From: Fistulifera solaris
Taxonomy: Eukaryota
Assembly: GCA_030295235.1 (NCBI GenBank)
Contig: AP026140.1
Coordinates: 558,001 to 622,000 of the forward strand
Direction of reading: 5' to 3'
DNA length: 64,000 nucleotides
Both the position numbers and the translations under genes were made by a program. Under the pieces are notes generated by a model. It saw nothing but the letters and a program-made list of their open reading frames with translations, had not been told where the DNA came from and searched no databases. The stretch's first letter is position 1. Each line of letters starts with the position of its first letter. Shown in pieces: positions 1 through 13,327 of this stretch.

Positions 1-292
1 CTCTAGCTAGGTACCGCATTATTTCTTACAGTAGTACTCCGTACTTCTTTTCCTAAGAGTGCATGTAACCGTTCGGACATTGTAGTCGTATACGATCGCC
101 AACCGCCGCGTCAGCACGTCGTCACGTCTCCTCAGACGATCGAGAGATTCACCACCCGAAGTAGTTTGCGCGATAACAAAAAAGATAATTATATTATTGT
201 CTGTTTCCGGTGCATAGAGTTCCTTTCTTATTACGATACAATGCTGATTTGAATTTCAATTACACAAATTAATTAATAAAACACATTTGACT

Positions 293-2941
293 ATGTTACG
301 CGCGGCTGCGAAGATCCCTCGTCGTTGTTGCCGTTACAAATCGAGCGTTGCGACGATCGAAGACCCGGCGTCCGCTCTGAGTGCCGAAATCAAACGATTG
401 CGTCACATTCGCAATGTCGGAGTCTTTGCTCACGTCGATGCGGGAAAAACGACGGTAACAGAACGCATGTTGGCGTTGGCGGGGATTGTGCATCGCGCCG
501 GTTCGGTCGATGAAGGAAATACGGTTACGGATTGGTACGTTGGAGTGACCATACGTTTCCTTCTCTGGGAGATTTTTCGAATGCTAACATACTATGTTTT
601 CGTACTTTAAGGCTTCCCGCCGAACGAGAACGCGGAATTACCATTCAAAGTGCCGCAATCTCATTTCAGTGGGATTGGCACAACAATCGGAAAGGAGATG
701 ATTACGAAGCGAATGATAGCGTATCCATTTCGTTAATTGATAATCCGGGACATGTGGATTTTAGCGTCGAAGTGAATCGTACGGTGGCCGTCTTGGATGG
801 TGCGGTGTTGGTGGTCGATGCAGTGGCGGGTGTCCAAGCGCAAACGGAGACCGTGTGGCGTGCCATGACCCGGCCATCCCTCAACAATCACAATCCGGTC
901 GAACATAAAGTCGAACGACAAGATCATGCCCATGAGCCATTGCCGTGTTTGGCAATGGTGAACAAAATGGACAAGGAGGGATGTCATTTTGGCAACGCGA
1001 TCGCGTCGTTACGGCAAAAACTTCCGGGGGCCAATCCCATTCCCATTCAAATACCATTGTTTCGTTCGTCGTCGACCCAGGCCGGAATATTCCCTTATGG
1101 CGTCGTCGCGGCATCGGCGAATGATGATGGTGGAGGTTTGAGTGGCGAATTTGTCGGTTTGGTCGATTTAGTGCACATGCGGGCCGTCTTGTGGCCCGAA
1201 GGAAACAATGTGGTCGAAAATTGCGTACCGCAAACCATCCAGCTACTCCAACCGGTCACTCACGAAGCGGTCGATCCGAATTGTTCCGTCACACAGCAAG
1301 CATTGCGTGCACGTTCGAATTTAATAGAACTGCTGGCCGATTGTGACGAAGAAATTGCCGAATTGTTCTTGGCGGAAGAGGAACCCGATAATGCCACGTT
1401 GCGAATGGCGTTGCGGAGAGCGACGTTGTCTCGGAAAGCGTTACCAGTAGTAACAGGTGCTGCGTTGCGTGGAAAAGGCATTGAGCCGCTGTTAGACGCC
1501 ATTGCTGATTTGTTACCGAGTCCACTCGATCGCCTACCACCCGCGCTGGTGTCCTTGGAGCAAGGCCATAATGAAAAGCCCGGAAGTATCACCGTAGGCC
1601 ATCCGTTGCATTCCCAGGTTCTCGCGTTCGCATTCAAGGTCGTGCATATGAAAGGACGGGGAGGTAGTGGCGATGGACGCGTGGTGTTTGCTCGAGTCTA
1701 TTCCGGAGAACTCCGAGAAAGGGATTGTCTTCGCGTACTGAGTCCTCCATCGCCGGGGGGAACGTACGGTTGTCCCCCGCATCGAGCGTATCGGATCCAT
1801 GCTGGAATTGGCCGGCGGTCGTTTTGATCGTCTGGAATCCGGCGTTTGCCGGAGTGGCGAAGTCTGCGCATTGGTCGGACTCAAGTCTGTCGTCACAGGT
1901 GATACGATTTTGATGGGACCTGAGAAAGGAAACAAGAAACAACAAAAGAAGAATAATCCCTTGGTCTGTCTTGCAGGAGTGGCAGCACCCAAGCCAGTTT
2001 TGAAGGTTCGCTTAGAGACGGATTCAACCGAACAGCAAACTGCGTTACTGGACGCCTTAGCCCTGTTGACCGTGGAAGATCCGAGTCTTGTCGTTGAAGA
2101 AGTAGAATCATCAACACTACTTGGGGGCCTTGGCGAGTTACATATTGAAGTTACACTGGATAGGCTAAAACGTGAGTTTGGGATCAATGTCCGGGCAGGC
2201 TCACCTTCCGTTTCATATCGAGAGACGATCATCGACGACATGGAAACCGCCGGACTCTGCAATTTCGACAAAACGATTGGAGGAATCCGCATGCAAACGG
2301 CCGTTCATCTTCTCTTGGAACCTACATGGGGCGATGAGAGTGAGGACGAATCAGCTTGCATGCTTCTCTCTGAACCGATCGTGGCTGTAAGCGACCACGC
2401 GAAGACATACCTAGGGCTGGATCTTGAATCATCCGATGAAGATTTGATGCTACGATCCGAGTTATTCAAGTCGGTGGTGCAGGGATGTCAGGGCGCAATG
2501 AGACGAGGACCCCTGAGTTCTTATTCAATGGTTAATTTGAAATGTACGGTATTGGACATTGAGGCGGAAGAGGGACTAAGCAGCTTGCAAGCAATGCCGG
2601 GCTCGTTACGAGCAGCTTCTGCCAACGCTGTTGCTACCGTGCTTTCGGAAAATCGGTCACTGTGTACCGTGCTGGAGCCGACCATGAGCATAGAAGTGTC
2701 TTTACCGAATGATTATGTTGGCACGGTCCTTTCGGACTTGTCCAGCCGTCGCGGAAATGTCGCTGACATTCTGGTGGGTGAAACGGGTACGAATCGTGTC
2801 GCGTCCAAGGCGCTGGTACGAGGCGAAGTTCCGCTCGTTGGTATTTTGGGCTATTCGAATAGTCTTCGAAGTCTAACAGGAGGCGAGGGTGCTTTTACGG
2901 CGGAATACAAGGGGCACTCTCCGACAAGTATTTCCTTATAA
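293..2941 (+). CDS. GFM2: Mitochondrial elongation factor G2 / ribosome-releasing factor 2-like GTPase
   Basis: Motifs [35 protein letters not shown] and the C-terminal LEP..SLTGGEG. Intron 535-611 (GT..AG) joins [13 protein letters not shown]. One frameshift near the G-run at ~1754-1760. Confidence 0.85.
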
Positions 2942-3006
2942 CAATAAACACACAATGTACCTTTTTGTTACAATACATAGTTCAGCTATTTTAGATACAA
3001 ATGATC

Positions 3007-4101
3007 TTATTTCGGTAAGAGATCTTTGCTTTCCGTATCGTCCTTAATTTTTCCAAAAGTAGGCAGTGGGTTGCTAAAGAAATAGACCGAGGCCAAAATG
3101 ACGACCGCCCCCATGTTGAATTGCATTCCCAACGGAGTGCCGAATAGGATCATCGATAAGACCGATGACACGACCACCGATACGCCCGTGGCGAGTCCCT
3201 TCAAGACATTGTCGGCGTATTTGATGACGGCCGCCACCAGCATACCGCCACCGGCTTGTAGCATGACCAAAATCCACGCCCAAGCACTAAAACCGTGCAA
3301 ATAGGGCATGCCCGGATTGGCGGGCTTCTGAAAGCACGACTGAAGAAGAGCAATAATACAGCAGAAAAAAGCCATCTGGATGTTTCGCATCCAGAGAGAA
3401 GCCTGTGGCTCTTGGGTCGCATCGGAGGAGACCTTCTTGAGTACCTTTTCGAAGTAAACACCCGCCAGAGCCGAACAAAAACAGGCTACCGTGACCGCCG
3501 ACAAGCCCACAAACAAGTTTTGATGCGTGTCGTCACCGCCCGATGATTTCTTTTCACCGAGTACGACCACTGCTACTCCGAGGGAAAGTCCGACCAGGCA
3601 AACCCATTGTTGCACCGAATAACGACGTTGCAGCATGAGAACACTGACAATTGCCGTAGTGACCAACTTGCCCTGATAGGTCACCTGAAAAATCGGCGCC
3701 GTCAAGTTCGAGAAGGCCACATACAGCAGCGTATTCTGCACCAGATACAGCAACGAGGGTACCATGATGATTAAAGCATCCATCGGCTTTTGAAAGACGT
3801 GTTGATGGAGCGAAGCCATCAAATTACCCGACGTCGTGTGAAACTCAAAGAGCGCAGCGAGTATCAGTTTCGAAAGCTCCGTTACCACAATCAAATGAGT
3901 CACATCGTAGAGTTCACTTTCGGGGACACCCGCGCGAGTGAAACGACCGACCAGAACCGTCGAAGAGTTCTGTAAGACCATCATGACGAGCAACAACAGC
4001 TTGAAACTGTACGCGGACGTGGTGTTTTTGCTGCTAGCGTTCTCGGCCGCGCCACTCGCCACGGAAAGAGGTGTTCTCCCACTGTTGTTGCGGCTGACCA
4101 T
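3007..4101 (-). CDS. SLC35A-family nucleotide-sugar (UDP-Gal/CMP-sialic acid type) transporter
   Basis: 364-aa multi-TM ORF with PSLLYLVQN, FQVTYQGK, GVYFEKVLK, SLWMRNIQ and IKYADNVLKG motifs. Confidence 0.92.
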   Translation of the reverse strand: MVSRNNSGRTPLSVASGAAENASSKNTTSAYSFKLLLLVMMVLQNSSTVLVGRFTRAGVPESELYDVTHLIVVTELSKLILAALFEFHTTSGNLMASLHQHVFQKPMDALIIMVPSLLYLVQNTLLYVAFSNLTAPIFQVTYQGKLVTTAIVSVLMLQRRYSVQQWVCLVGLSLGVAVVVLGEKKSSGGDDTHQNLFVGLSAVTVACFCSALAGVYFEKVLKKVSSDATQEPQASLWMRNIQMAFFCCIIALLQSCFQKPANPGMPYLHGFSAWAWILVMLQAGGGMLVAAVIKYADNVLKGLATGVSVVVSSVLSMILFGTPLGMQFNMGAVVILASVYFFSNPLPTFGKIKDDTESKDLLPK

Positions 4102-4624
4102 TCTTCCTAGTTTAAAGTGAAATGGGATTGGCTGAATGAAGCAGCAAGGCCAGAATTTCTAATCAATGAAGGCAATGACCTTTATCAAACAAAGGCGACG
4201 AAAGACGAAACATGGTTGTATTTTTCGCGCATCGGCCAAAAAAAGACGGAGTACTTACTTGAATCTTTACTTTAGGCCACTTTTTATGGGGGCACTACAT
4301 TCTGAATTATTCTCCGCAATGTATTTATGTTATGTCTTCACGAGTAAGACTCGAAGACGTTTTGGAACTAAGAAATTAAAAGACTAGGGCGTCACGGCAG
4401 AAATAATTCTCCTACTGGTAGAGCGATAAGCACTCTACGCAAACCAGACGCCAACGGACTACAGGTGCGCCCTAAGGTAAGTCTATCACGCTGGAAACTG
4501 GAAAGTATCATAGAAATAATTGCTAACGTTCTACGCTCTATCGGCCTCTAAGAACTCGCGAACCATAATCATTTCCTAACCTTTTCGAACATTACCATGC
4601 GTTTCACCTTACCAGTAGATGTTA

Positions 4625-5685
4625 TTAATACGCCATGTGCTTCTTCACGCTAGCCGGATCGACTTCTCCACCCTTGAAACGATCTGGATCCACTTTAGGT
4701 ACGATCGGTTCTTTCCAAGTCAAAGTCGTCTTGCCTTTGGGACCTTCACACGAGACCTGTCCATTCATCGGAAGGGATCCCCACTTCCCCATGGGCGGCG
4801 GTGTTCCCTTCTTGCAGGCTTCCAGAAGTTCAATAGTCGTCTTGGGAGTCAAGCACTCGTAGTAATCATCATTGAGTTGTACCATGGGAGCGTTCGCACA
4901 CGCGCCCAAACATTCCACTTCGAGCAGAGTAAACAAACCATCCGACGTCGTTTCGCCGTTCTTGATACCTAGGTGCTTCTCAATGGTTTGACGAATGTCA
5001 TTGCTACCGCAGATCATGCAAGGAGTGGTACCGCACAGTTGAATAAAGTACTTGCCGACCGGGGTGCGATTGAACATGGTATAAAAGGAAGCAACTTCGT
5101 ACACACGGACGGGAGCGACCTCGCAAATTTGTGCCACCTTATTCATGGCAGCCACCGGAAGCCAGCCTCCACTTTGGCGTTGCGCCAAGTCTAACAAGGG
5201 AATCATGGCGGCTCGTTTGTAATTGTTGGGGTATTTTCCTAGAATGTGAGAAACGCGCTCATAATTTTCGGCATTGAAGTCGAAATGGGATGTTCGGCTA
5301 TCATTCTCCGGACTTTCAATGTGCTGCAAACACAGAAAAAAGAAATCACGTGGCGTTAGACGAATATATCCATTGTTATTGTTTTTTGTGAATGAGGGGA
5401 GATCCGAAGGATAATTCTTAGAGACGCTGACTCGGTTGCGAGCAACCAATCGCAAAAGTCCTTGTCTTCTCCATCGCCAACAGATTAAAATCTGAAAGGA
5501 AGAATATTACATCACATTATGAATGTGACGCAAAAAGCAGAGAAACAACACAATAAATCAAAGGTACGTCGAAAGGTTACACTTACAAACGGTTTGGCTC
5601 CAAACATTCGAACCGAAGGTTTGTGTAACGATGAGCGGTTCGCGGAAGCTAGCTTGTTTCCGCTGCGCAATATAGCACTCCACAT
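4625..5685 (-). CDS. NDUFV2: NADH:ubiquinone oxidoreductase 24 kDa subunit (2Fe-2S)
   Basis: IPLLDLAQRQ, EVASFYTMF, CGTTPC and EVECLGAC motifs. Exon 1 (5685-5587) encodes a mitochondrial-type presequence. Donor GTAAGT at 5586; likely acceptor at 5324. Confidence 0.95.
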
Positions 5686-6544
5686 TTTGTCAAGTGAAAA
5701 CAGAAAGACTGAAAGGCTCTTTGTAGCTAATGCCTTGAAGCAAAAGTTGAGGGTGATGTCGAGCAATAAATTTTACTCCGTATTTTTTTCAGAAAAGAGG
5801 CGCTTTGCGCTGCGCTCATCGCAGCAACGAGCGAACTGACGACGACAAACAGCCGCACGGAAAACGGAAACCATCTGAGTCCCGTGTTGTTTGTCCCATT
5901 GAGTCACCGAAACAGCGTCAAAAATCCGGTACTGGTTCGGAAGTAAAAGTCGTAATGACGTCGTAGGCCGTGGGCCTATAAATACAAAATGTATTAAATA
6001 TAACAAAGACGTTACATTTTGGGTTCTCTTTCTCTGTCCTAACGGTAGCCACGAACAAAACAATGTAGAGTGAAGTACTGGTACAGTCGACACAAGAGCA
6101 ATCGAAACGTGAACACTCGACTATAGGATAAAAAGGGCGGGGTCTTGGATTGGATGTTGGATGGATTGCGAAATGGATGTGTCACAGAGATGCAGAGATG
6201 TCTATGCAGCAAGCTGTGCATTGTGCATTATGCATTATTGTTTGCCCAATCTTCATCATCCACGATCCACGATCCACGAACGCATCTCGTTGCAAAAAAC
6301 AGCGACAGTGCATGGGTACTGTACCTAAAAGCTACAGAAAGCCTACGCAACGATCCGCTTTACGGACACAGCAGCAAACAGCACTTCACAAGAAGTCGTG
6401 TTTTGAATTGTGTCAACATTCTCTCACTCATCTCACAAATAATTATGCAGCCATCACTGAACACATCAATCATCAGTTGATGTTGCAATACTGCCTGGCT
6501 TGTGATACCGCCACACTCTCGCCAAACGTAAGTGATTCATCATC

Positions 6545-7222
6545 ATGAGTCGGATTCAAGACAGCGACAAAAATAGTTCATGCTCTTTTGGAAGCGGCAT
6601 TTCATCTACAGAAAATCGTAATGTCTTTTATGAATCTCCTGGTGACATGGATGTTCTTTGTAATCAAGATAAGAACTGCCTCAATAATCCCGGGTACAAG
6701 GCCTACCACACTATGGTCGAAGCCGTGGTCAAGCGTTACATGTCATCGACGAAGCAAGAGAAAATGAAATTGACGAAAAAGATTGTGAAGAATATGCGTG
6801 AACAACACAATAGTCGCTTTCTGGAGAAGTCCATTGTGAACGGCAAACAAGTCTGGATGGAAGTCACCGAAGCTAAGGCTCGAGAAAAGGTCTCTCACAA
6901 GATCCGAAAAATTGCTGATAAACTCGAAGGAAGTCATCGGAGCCCCTCACCCGACGACACGTCAATGACCAGCAAGGAAAGTGAATCGGAAATGAAGTCG
7001 AGCCCTCATGATACGGTGCTGGGCGCCCTCATACTAAAGCAGAAAATGCTTATGTCGCAGACCGAAAGCAGTGCTTTTGGAATTCAGGATCAACAGCACC
7101 TCTCCGACATGTACATGTCCCGCGACAAAGATCTTTTGGGCTTGCTGAGCAGTGTAGAGCGTGAATTTCTCATCGAACCGTTCGGCGTGCGCTACGACTC
7201 GAAAGACACGGTTTACAATTAA
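6545..7222 (+). CDS. DUF6824-like diatom protein, copy 1 (C-terminally truncated relative to copy 2)
   Basis: DVLC..NNPG..RFL..W.E..AREKVSH pattern. It stops early; the sequence to ~7300 still aligns with the C-terminus of copy 2. Confidence 0.7.
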   Translation: MSRIQDSDKNSSCSFGSGISSTENRNVFYESPGDMDVLCNQDKNCLNNPGYKAYHTMVEAVVKRYMSSTKQEKMKLTKKIVKNMREQHNSRFLEKSIVNGKQVWMEVTEAKAREKVSHKIRKIADKLEGSHRSPSPDDTSMTSKESESEMKSSPHDTVLGALILKQKMLMSQTESSAFGIQDQQHLSDMYMSRDKDLLGLLSSVEREFLIEPFGVRYDSKDTVYN

Positions 7223-7295
7223 GCTTCGCTCGGAATATCTGGATGCTATGATGGCCGAGCCAGTTCCCGCCGGCGAGTGGAAGGATTAAATGATT

Positions 7296-8106
7296 GAGTA
7301 AATCATTAGATACTGGTACTGTCTTCCAATAGCCATGGTGGGGATGACTAGACTCCATCTATGGTCGTTTGGTGTTTCATTAATTTCTACAAAATAATTC
7401 TTCAAAGATATTACGAAATTGCAGGTAGCTCAACAAACTTAACCAAAGAAACAGCCATCCTTTCAGTGAAGTAGATTTCTTAATTTACCTGCTCTACGGG
7501 TCTAGACGTTGCAGGCATGGTGCAGCATGGATATTAATAAAGAGTTCATTCACGAGTCAGTAAATCATTAGAAAGTGGTACTATCATCCAATAACCATGG
7601 TGGGGACGACCTGGACTCCATCTATGGTGTTTAATAATAATTGTCAACATAATTTTTGAACGACAATGCGAAACTTCTGTCAGCTCAGCATAACTTAATC
7701 AAAGAAACAACAATCCTTTTGATGAACTACCCTTTTTCATTTATCTGCTGTGAGCTGTAATGGTTTAGACTAAGGTTTTATAATGCATGTTTCAGAATGG
7801 ATGTGTAACTAGTTCATTCACGAAGCCATGAGGCAGACAAGCAATTTTTGAAGTCTATACTACAGAATAAGTTTCGTGAACATTCAATCCATCTACTAAG
7901 TTTGGCAAGTCAATACATAGACCGCATTACCGATTAACTGTTACACAGAAGGAATAGAGTGCCTTTGTGGATTTCGGGTATTATCATCCAATAGTCATGG
8001 TGGGGATTGACATAGACTCCATCTATTGCGTTTCAATAGTTTTTACAATGTAATTTTTTCAAGCCATATACGAAATTCCAGCTAGGTTAACAAAGTTGAT
8101 CAAAGG
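7296..8106. repeat. ~265-bp non-coding unit in 2 full and 1 partial tandem copies (a fourth copy lies at ~10427-10695)
   Basis: The core TCCAATA-C-A-GGTGGGGA...CTCCATCTA recurs at ~7325, ~7588, ~7987 and ~10463. Confidence 0.85.
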
Positions 8107-8109
8107 TGC

Positions 8110-8445
8110 TTTCGATGGACCATCATTCTCCGGATCTCAATATGATTCGAAAACCAAAAATGAAATCACGTAGCATTAGACGATTATTCTTAAAGACGCT
8201 GACTCGGTTGCGAGCAGCAAATCGCAAAAGCCCTTGTTTCCTCCGTTGCTGACCAATCAGGACGGACATGACATCACGTATAAATGTGATGCAAAAAGCA
8301 AAGAAAAAACACAATAAATTAAAGGTACGTCGAAAGGTTCACTCACAAATGGTTTGGCTCCGAACATTCGAACCGAAGGTTTGTGTAACGATGTACGGTT
8401 CGCGGAAGTCAGCTTGCTTCTGCTGCGCAATATGGCATTCCACAT
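8110..8445 (-). pseudogene. 5' fragment of NDUFV2 (exon 1, degenerate intron, start of exon 2)
   Basis: MWNAILRSRSKLTSANRTSLHKPSVRMFGAKPF matches NDUFV2 exon 1. The acceptor AG is lost and similarity ends shortly after the HIE-PEND codons. Confidence 0.88.
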
Positions 8446-8607
8446 GCTTTGTAACAGCAGCGATGACTGAAAGGCTCTTTAGCTAATGCCTTGAAGCAAA
8501 AGTTCAGGAATTCGAGCAATAACATTTACTTCGGTAACAGGTAACACGGCGACAGCCGCACAGAATTACGCTGTGTCGCTGTGTCCTGTGTCCCGTTTTA
8601 TTACCTA

Positions 8608-9091
<484 letters not shown>

Positions 9092-9721
9092 TCATTTGAG
9101 TCACTGAGAAAAAGCGTCAAAAATCCGGCACTGGTTCGGGAAGCAAAAGCCGTAATGACGTCGTAGGCTCTGGTCCTAGAAAAAGTACGGAAAGGAACTT
9201 TGACATATAATTAAGGTTATGAAATTTGTCCTAACGGTAACCAAGGACTAAACAGTGAAATACAATCCACTCCGTATATCATAGTAATCGAAACGTGGAC
9301 CTCAAACTATAGAAAGGGAAGTACATGATTTGGATCTTGGATGGATTGCGAAATGATGGTCACAGAGGTGTATACTGTGCAGCAAGCTGTGCATTGTTCG
9401 CCCAGCCTTCATCATCCACGAACGAAATATTCGTTGCAACAACAGCAACAACGCTCGGTCTACGCAACGATCCGCTTTACGGACACAGCAGCGAACAGCG
9501 AACACGCTCAAAGGCATTTTACACAAGTCGTGTTTTGAAATTGTGTCAACATTCTCTCATTCATCTCACAAATTATGCAATCATCACTGAATGTATCAAA
9601 CATTAGTTGATGTTGTTATACTGTCCGCCTTGTGGTATCGCTCTCGAGAAACGTAAGTGAATTATCATGAATCTCCGATTCATTCAAGAAGAAAAAACGT
9701 CCCGGTACGAACATCATTTCT

Positions 9722-10432
9722 TTGATTGGAAACGGCATTTCATCGTCGAAAAATCGAACTGTCTTTGTTGAATCTCCTGGTGACTTGGATGTTCTATGCG
9801 GTAAAGATAAGAACATGAAAAACCATCCCGGCAACAAGGCCTTCAGTTCGATGATCGACACCATGGTCACACGCTACCAAGGCGCATCATCAAAGCAAGA
9901 GAAAATGAATATTACCAGAGAAATTGTATTAGAGATGAAGAGGCAATATAACACTCGTTTTCTGAAGAAGTCGATGGTCGACGGCAAAGAAGTCTGGAGC
10001 GAAATTCCCGACGAAAAGGCTCGAGACAAGGTCAGTCACGCGATCCGATTTGCTGCGGCAAACCCGAAACGAAGTGATCGCAGTCCTTCCCCCGACGACA
10101 CGTCCAGCAAGGAAAGTGCATCGGAAATGAAGTCTCACGATACGGCGATGGGCGCGCTGATACAGAGACAGCAAGCGATCATGTCGCATACCGAAATCAG
10201 TGCTTTGGGGACACATGATCAACAGCACTTCTCCCACGCGTGTATTTCGCGATACGAAGATCATTTGGACTCGGTGAGAAGTGAAGATCTTCGTGAATAT
10301 CTCATCGAACCGTTCGGTGTCCGCTACGACTCGAAAGACACGGTTTTCAATTCGCTTCGGACGGAAGATCTGGATGCTATGATGACCGATCCAGTTCCCG
10401 CCGACGAGTGGAGGGATCCAATGATTGAGTAA
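9722..10432 (+). CDS. DUF6824-like diatom protein, copy 2 (5' end unresolved)
   Basis: DVLCGK..NHPGNK.F..RFLK..W.E..ARDKVSHAIR; paralogue of 6545-7222. Confidence 0.8.
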   Translation: MIGNGISSSKNRTVFVESPGDLDVLCGKDKNMKNHPGNKAFSSMIDTMVTRYQGASSKQEKMNITREIVLEMKRQYNTRFLKKSMVDGKEVWSEIPDEKARDKVSHAIRFAAANPKRSDRSPSPDDTSSKESASEMKSHDTAMGALIQRQQAIMSHTEISALGTHDQQHFSHACISRYEDHLDSVRSEDLREYLIEPFGVRYDSKDTVFNSLRTEDLDAMMTDPVPADEWRDPMIE

Positions 10433-10874
10433 ATCATTAGATAGTAGATAGTGGTACTATCATCCAATAGCCACGGTGGGGATGACTAGATTCCATCTAC
10501 GGTTTTTGGTGTTTCATTAATTTATACAATAAAATTCTTCAAAGATATTACGAAATTGCAATTAGCTCAACAAAACTTAATTAAGGAAACAACCATCCTT
10601 TCAAAGAAGTAGCCTTCTTCATTTACCTGCTCTACGGGTCTAGACATATAGGTATGGTGCAGCACGGATATTATACAATAGTTCATTCACGAGTCACGAG
10701 ACAAACAAGCATCGAGTCAAATTTACTACGAAATAAGATTCGTGAACATTCAATCCATCTACTAAATTTGGCAAGTCAACATATAGACCGCATTACCGAT
10801 TAACTGTTACACACACAAGGAATAGAGTGCCTATTCGGACCGAGAAGAAGAGGTGGTGTGAACCGAATGACGTT

Positions 10875-11096
10875 TTACATGCTCATGCTCATGCTCATAC
10901 TTTCCACTTGCAACAATCGGGACATGAGTTCTCTGCTGGCAAACATTTGTTCCATGTTGTTGTTGTGTTGAAGGGGTTCCGCCGCTACTTGCCAGACGTT
11001 GTGTAAATTACGGCGCAGGCGGACGGGACGGTTTTCTTGGGCCAGAGCTACGGCCAAAAGAGCCAAAGCAACGATCAGGAATCGACATGAGAACAT
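10875..11096 (-). CDS. Small secreted protein (73 aa) with RXL motifs and an SMSMSMSM tail
   Basis: Signal peptide MFSCRFLIVALALLAVALA, followed by RNL, REL, RLL and (SM)4 at the C-terminus. Confidence 0.7.
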   Translation of the reverse strand: MFSCRFLIVALALLAVALAQENRPVRLRRNLHNVWQVAAEPLQHNNNMEQMFASRELMSRLLQVESMSMSMSM

Positions 11097-11767
11097 GGTG
11101 ACAAGAAATAATTGAAAAAGGATTCTGTACAGAGAAACAAAAAGGCGCTGCGAATGGAGCGTTTGACAAAAGATTGCAGTTGGATGAGAGTTGTGAGAGA
11201 GGTTTCTGCTCAGCTCGTACGCAAAGAATTCGGCTCCCCCGAAATTCGGCTTGTTGGTTGGGAGGAAAGCGCCAAAATTGGAGGCGAGGAGGAGAAAAAG
11301 GTCCACGGGGCACAATTTTGGATTTCCGTTGAAACTTTTGCTAGCGTCAACGGAAACAATTTTGTCCAAGATTTGTGTCCGAGTATTCGCGTTTAGACAT
11401 AAGCCTGCGATAATAAAAAGTACGGAAGGCTCTTCGAACTGGCACTAAGTCCCGGCACCCGCTGCCGTCACTCCGATAATTGAGGTGCGCAATGCGCGTG
11501 CGCGATAGGTGAGCTGACGGCGGCCAGAACGTGAGTCTGGAAGCCGACGCACAGCTGCATTTGTATTCGGAAAATCTTGCCCTGTTGGGTAGCTTCAAGA
11601 TGCGGAAAGCGGGACAGATCAGCCATGCTCATCTTGGCCATGAACTTCAAGCCGAAAGACTCTGGGATCCATTGACATTGATGTCGAAGAAGAATTGAGG
11701 GTCCCGTTGAATAGATAAGCGCTGCGTTCGAATTGACGGATTTTTAGCAAAGCTTTGTGTGAAAGAA

Positions 11768-13106
11768 ATGTTTCCCAACAACATACAGCAACCCTTGTTT
11801 GCGCCTGCTACCCAGAGATTGCAGGTAAGAATTTACTCACCTTGTTCCTGCTTTGTTTCTAAATAAAAAACTGGGGAACTGATTCATTTGAATTACAGCA
11901 AGATGATTTGGATTTTAACGAAATTTTCTCCGAGTACTTTATCAATGAGTTTGACGACCCTCTGAATGCATACACCAACTCGATGGCCAACAATTACAAC
12001 AATTTGAACTTTGATAGTAGTACCATCGCTCAGGCTTATGCACCGGATACCCCAAAAGTCAATACTAAGGTGAATCTTCCGACGGGAGGAATTCGGACGG
12101 TATTTCATGGCTCGGTAGAACAAGCCAATGCGCCCCCCACGAAAAAAGCCAAAGATCGACGATCCACCAAAGCCAATGATGCCGCCTTCTGCACCGGGAG
12201 TAAGTCTTCCTGTGGGTGTAGGTATCCGTTTGGGGGGTGTCGGAGGTATCGCACCGTCCACCGCGCAGAGTTCGGCGCGATTGGCCGGAATACAATCGCA
12301 ATTTATGATGTGGGGTGGCGAGGATGGGGCTCCCGAGCATGTGGTAGCCGAACGGCGGCAAAGGAACCGAGAACACGCCAAACGCAGTCGCGTTCGAAAG
12401 AAATTTATGTTGGAATCTATGCAGCAACAAGTTTTAGATTTGCAGAGAGAAAACCAGAGACTTCGTATGTTAGTTCAGGAACATATCCCGGAACATTCAC
12501 AACAGATAATAACGGAATGTTGCCATCCGAATCCTTTATTTGCCGATCCGGATGAGCTTGGTTTTACGACAGACGAAACAATGGATCAAGCGGATAGTGC
12601 TTTAATGAACAGCTTGGCGACCGGACAAAAGTGCTTTGTTTTATCGGATCCCAAACTGCCCGACAACCCGATTGTCTTTGCTAGCCAGGGTTTTTATGAC
12701 TTGACCGGTTACACCAGCCGCGAAGTGCTCGGTCGAAATTGTCGCTTCCTGCAAGGGCCGGGACGGACCCCAAACACGTCGAAGTCATTCGGAAAGCCGT
12801 GGCGACGGGTTCCGATTGCACGGTGTGCATCCTGAATTACAAAGCGGACGGCACACCGTTTTGGAATCAATTCTTCCTCGCATCGCTGCGCGACTCGGAT
12901 AATTCCATCGTTAATTATGTAAGTTCTGGATGTCTTTGTGGGGATATCGATGAATGTGAGACCTTGAAATACTCACTCTGCTTTTTGCTCGACGCTTTGT
13001 CCGTTGTCGACAGGTCGGTGTTCAAACGGAAATTCAACCGGATCAGAGCGTTAGTATGTTGGAAGAGAAGGTGAACGCCGTAATGCCGCTGCAAAACAAG
13101 GAATAG
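11768..13106 (+). CDS. Aureochrome (bZIP-LOV), probably AUREO2 class
   Basis: b[20 protein letters not shown] and [12 protein letters not shown]. Introns at 11825-11898 and 12919-13013. Two apparent frameshifts (~12130, ~12765). The class assignment is from recollection of the N-terminal DLDFNEIF segment. Confidence 0.93.
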
Positions 13107-13327
13107 ACAAGCTATTTGTTCCCTGTGGCCCTCCCGTGAAGCAAGACTGTATATTTCACTTTTTATGGGCTATAATCATGATGATTTTCATGTCTTCATT
13201 CTGTAACTTTTATTCATATAATATGTAGCTACTAGCATCATGAAAAGCCATCCGAGAATGATAATATAAGCAGATGCCGATGAAAAATTATGCGCTTGAC
13301 AAGCTTTATTACAATGCAAAATGATTC

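Noticed and set aside
1750..1830. Programmed frameshifting or pseudogenisation of EF-G2 and other split genes
   Set aside because: Homopolymer-associated indels occur throughout the window, so sequencing error is the simpler explanation.
7296..8106. CRISPR-like array
   Set aside because: Units are long and diverged with no repeat-spacer structure and no cas genes, in a eukaryotic context.
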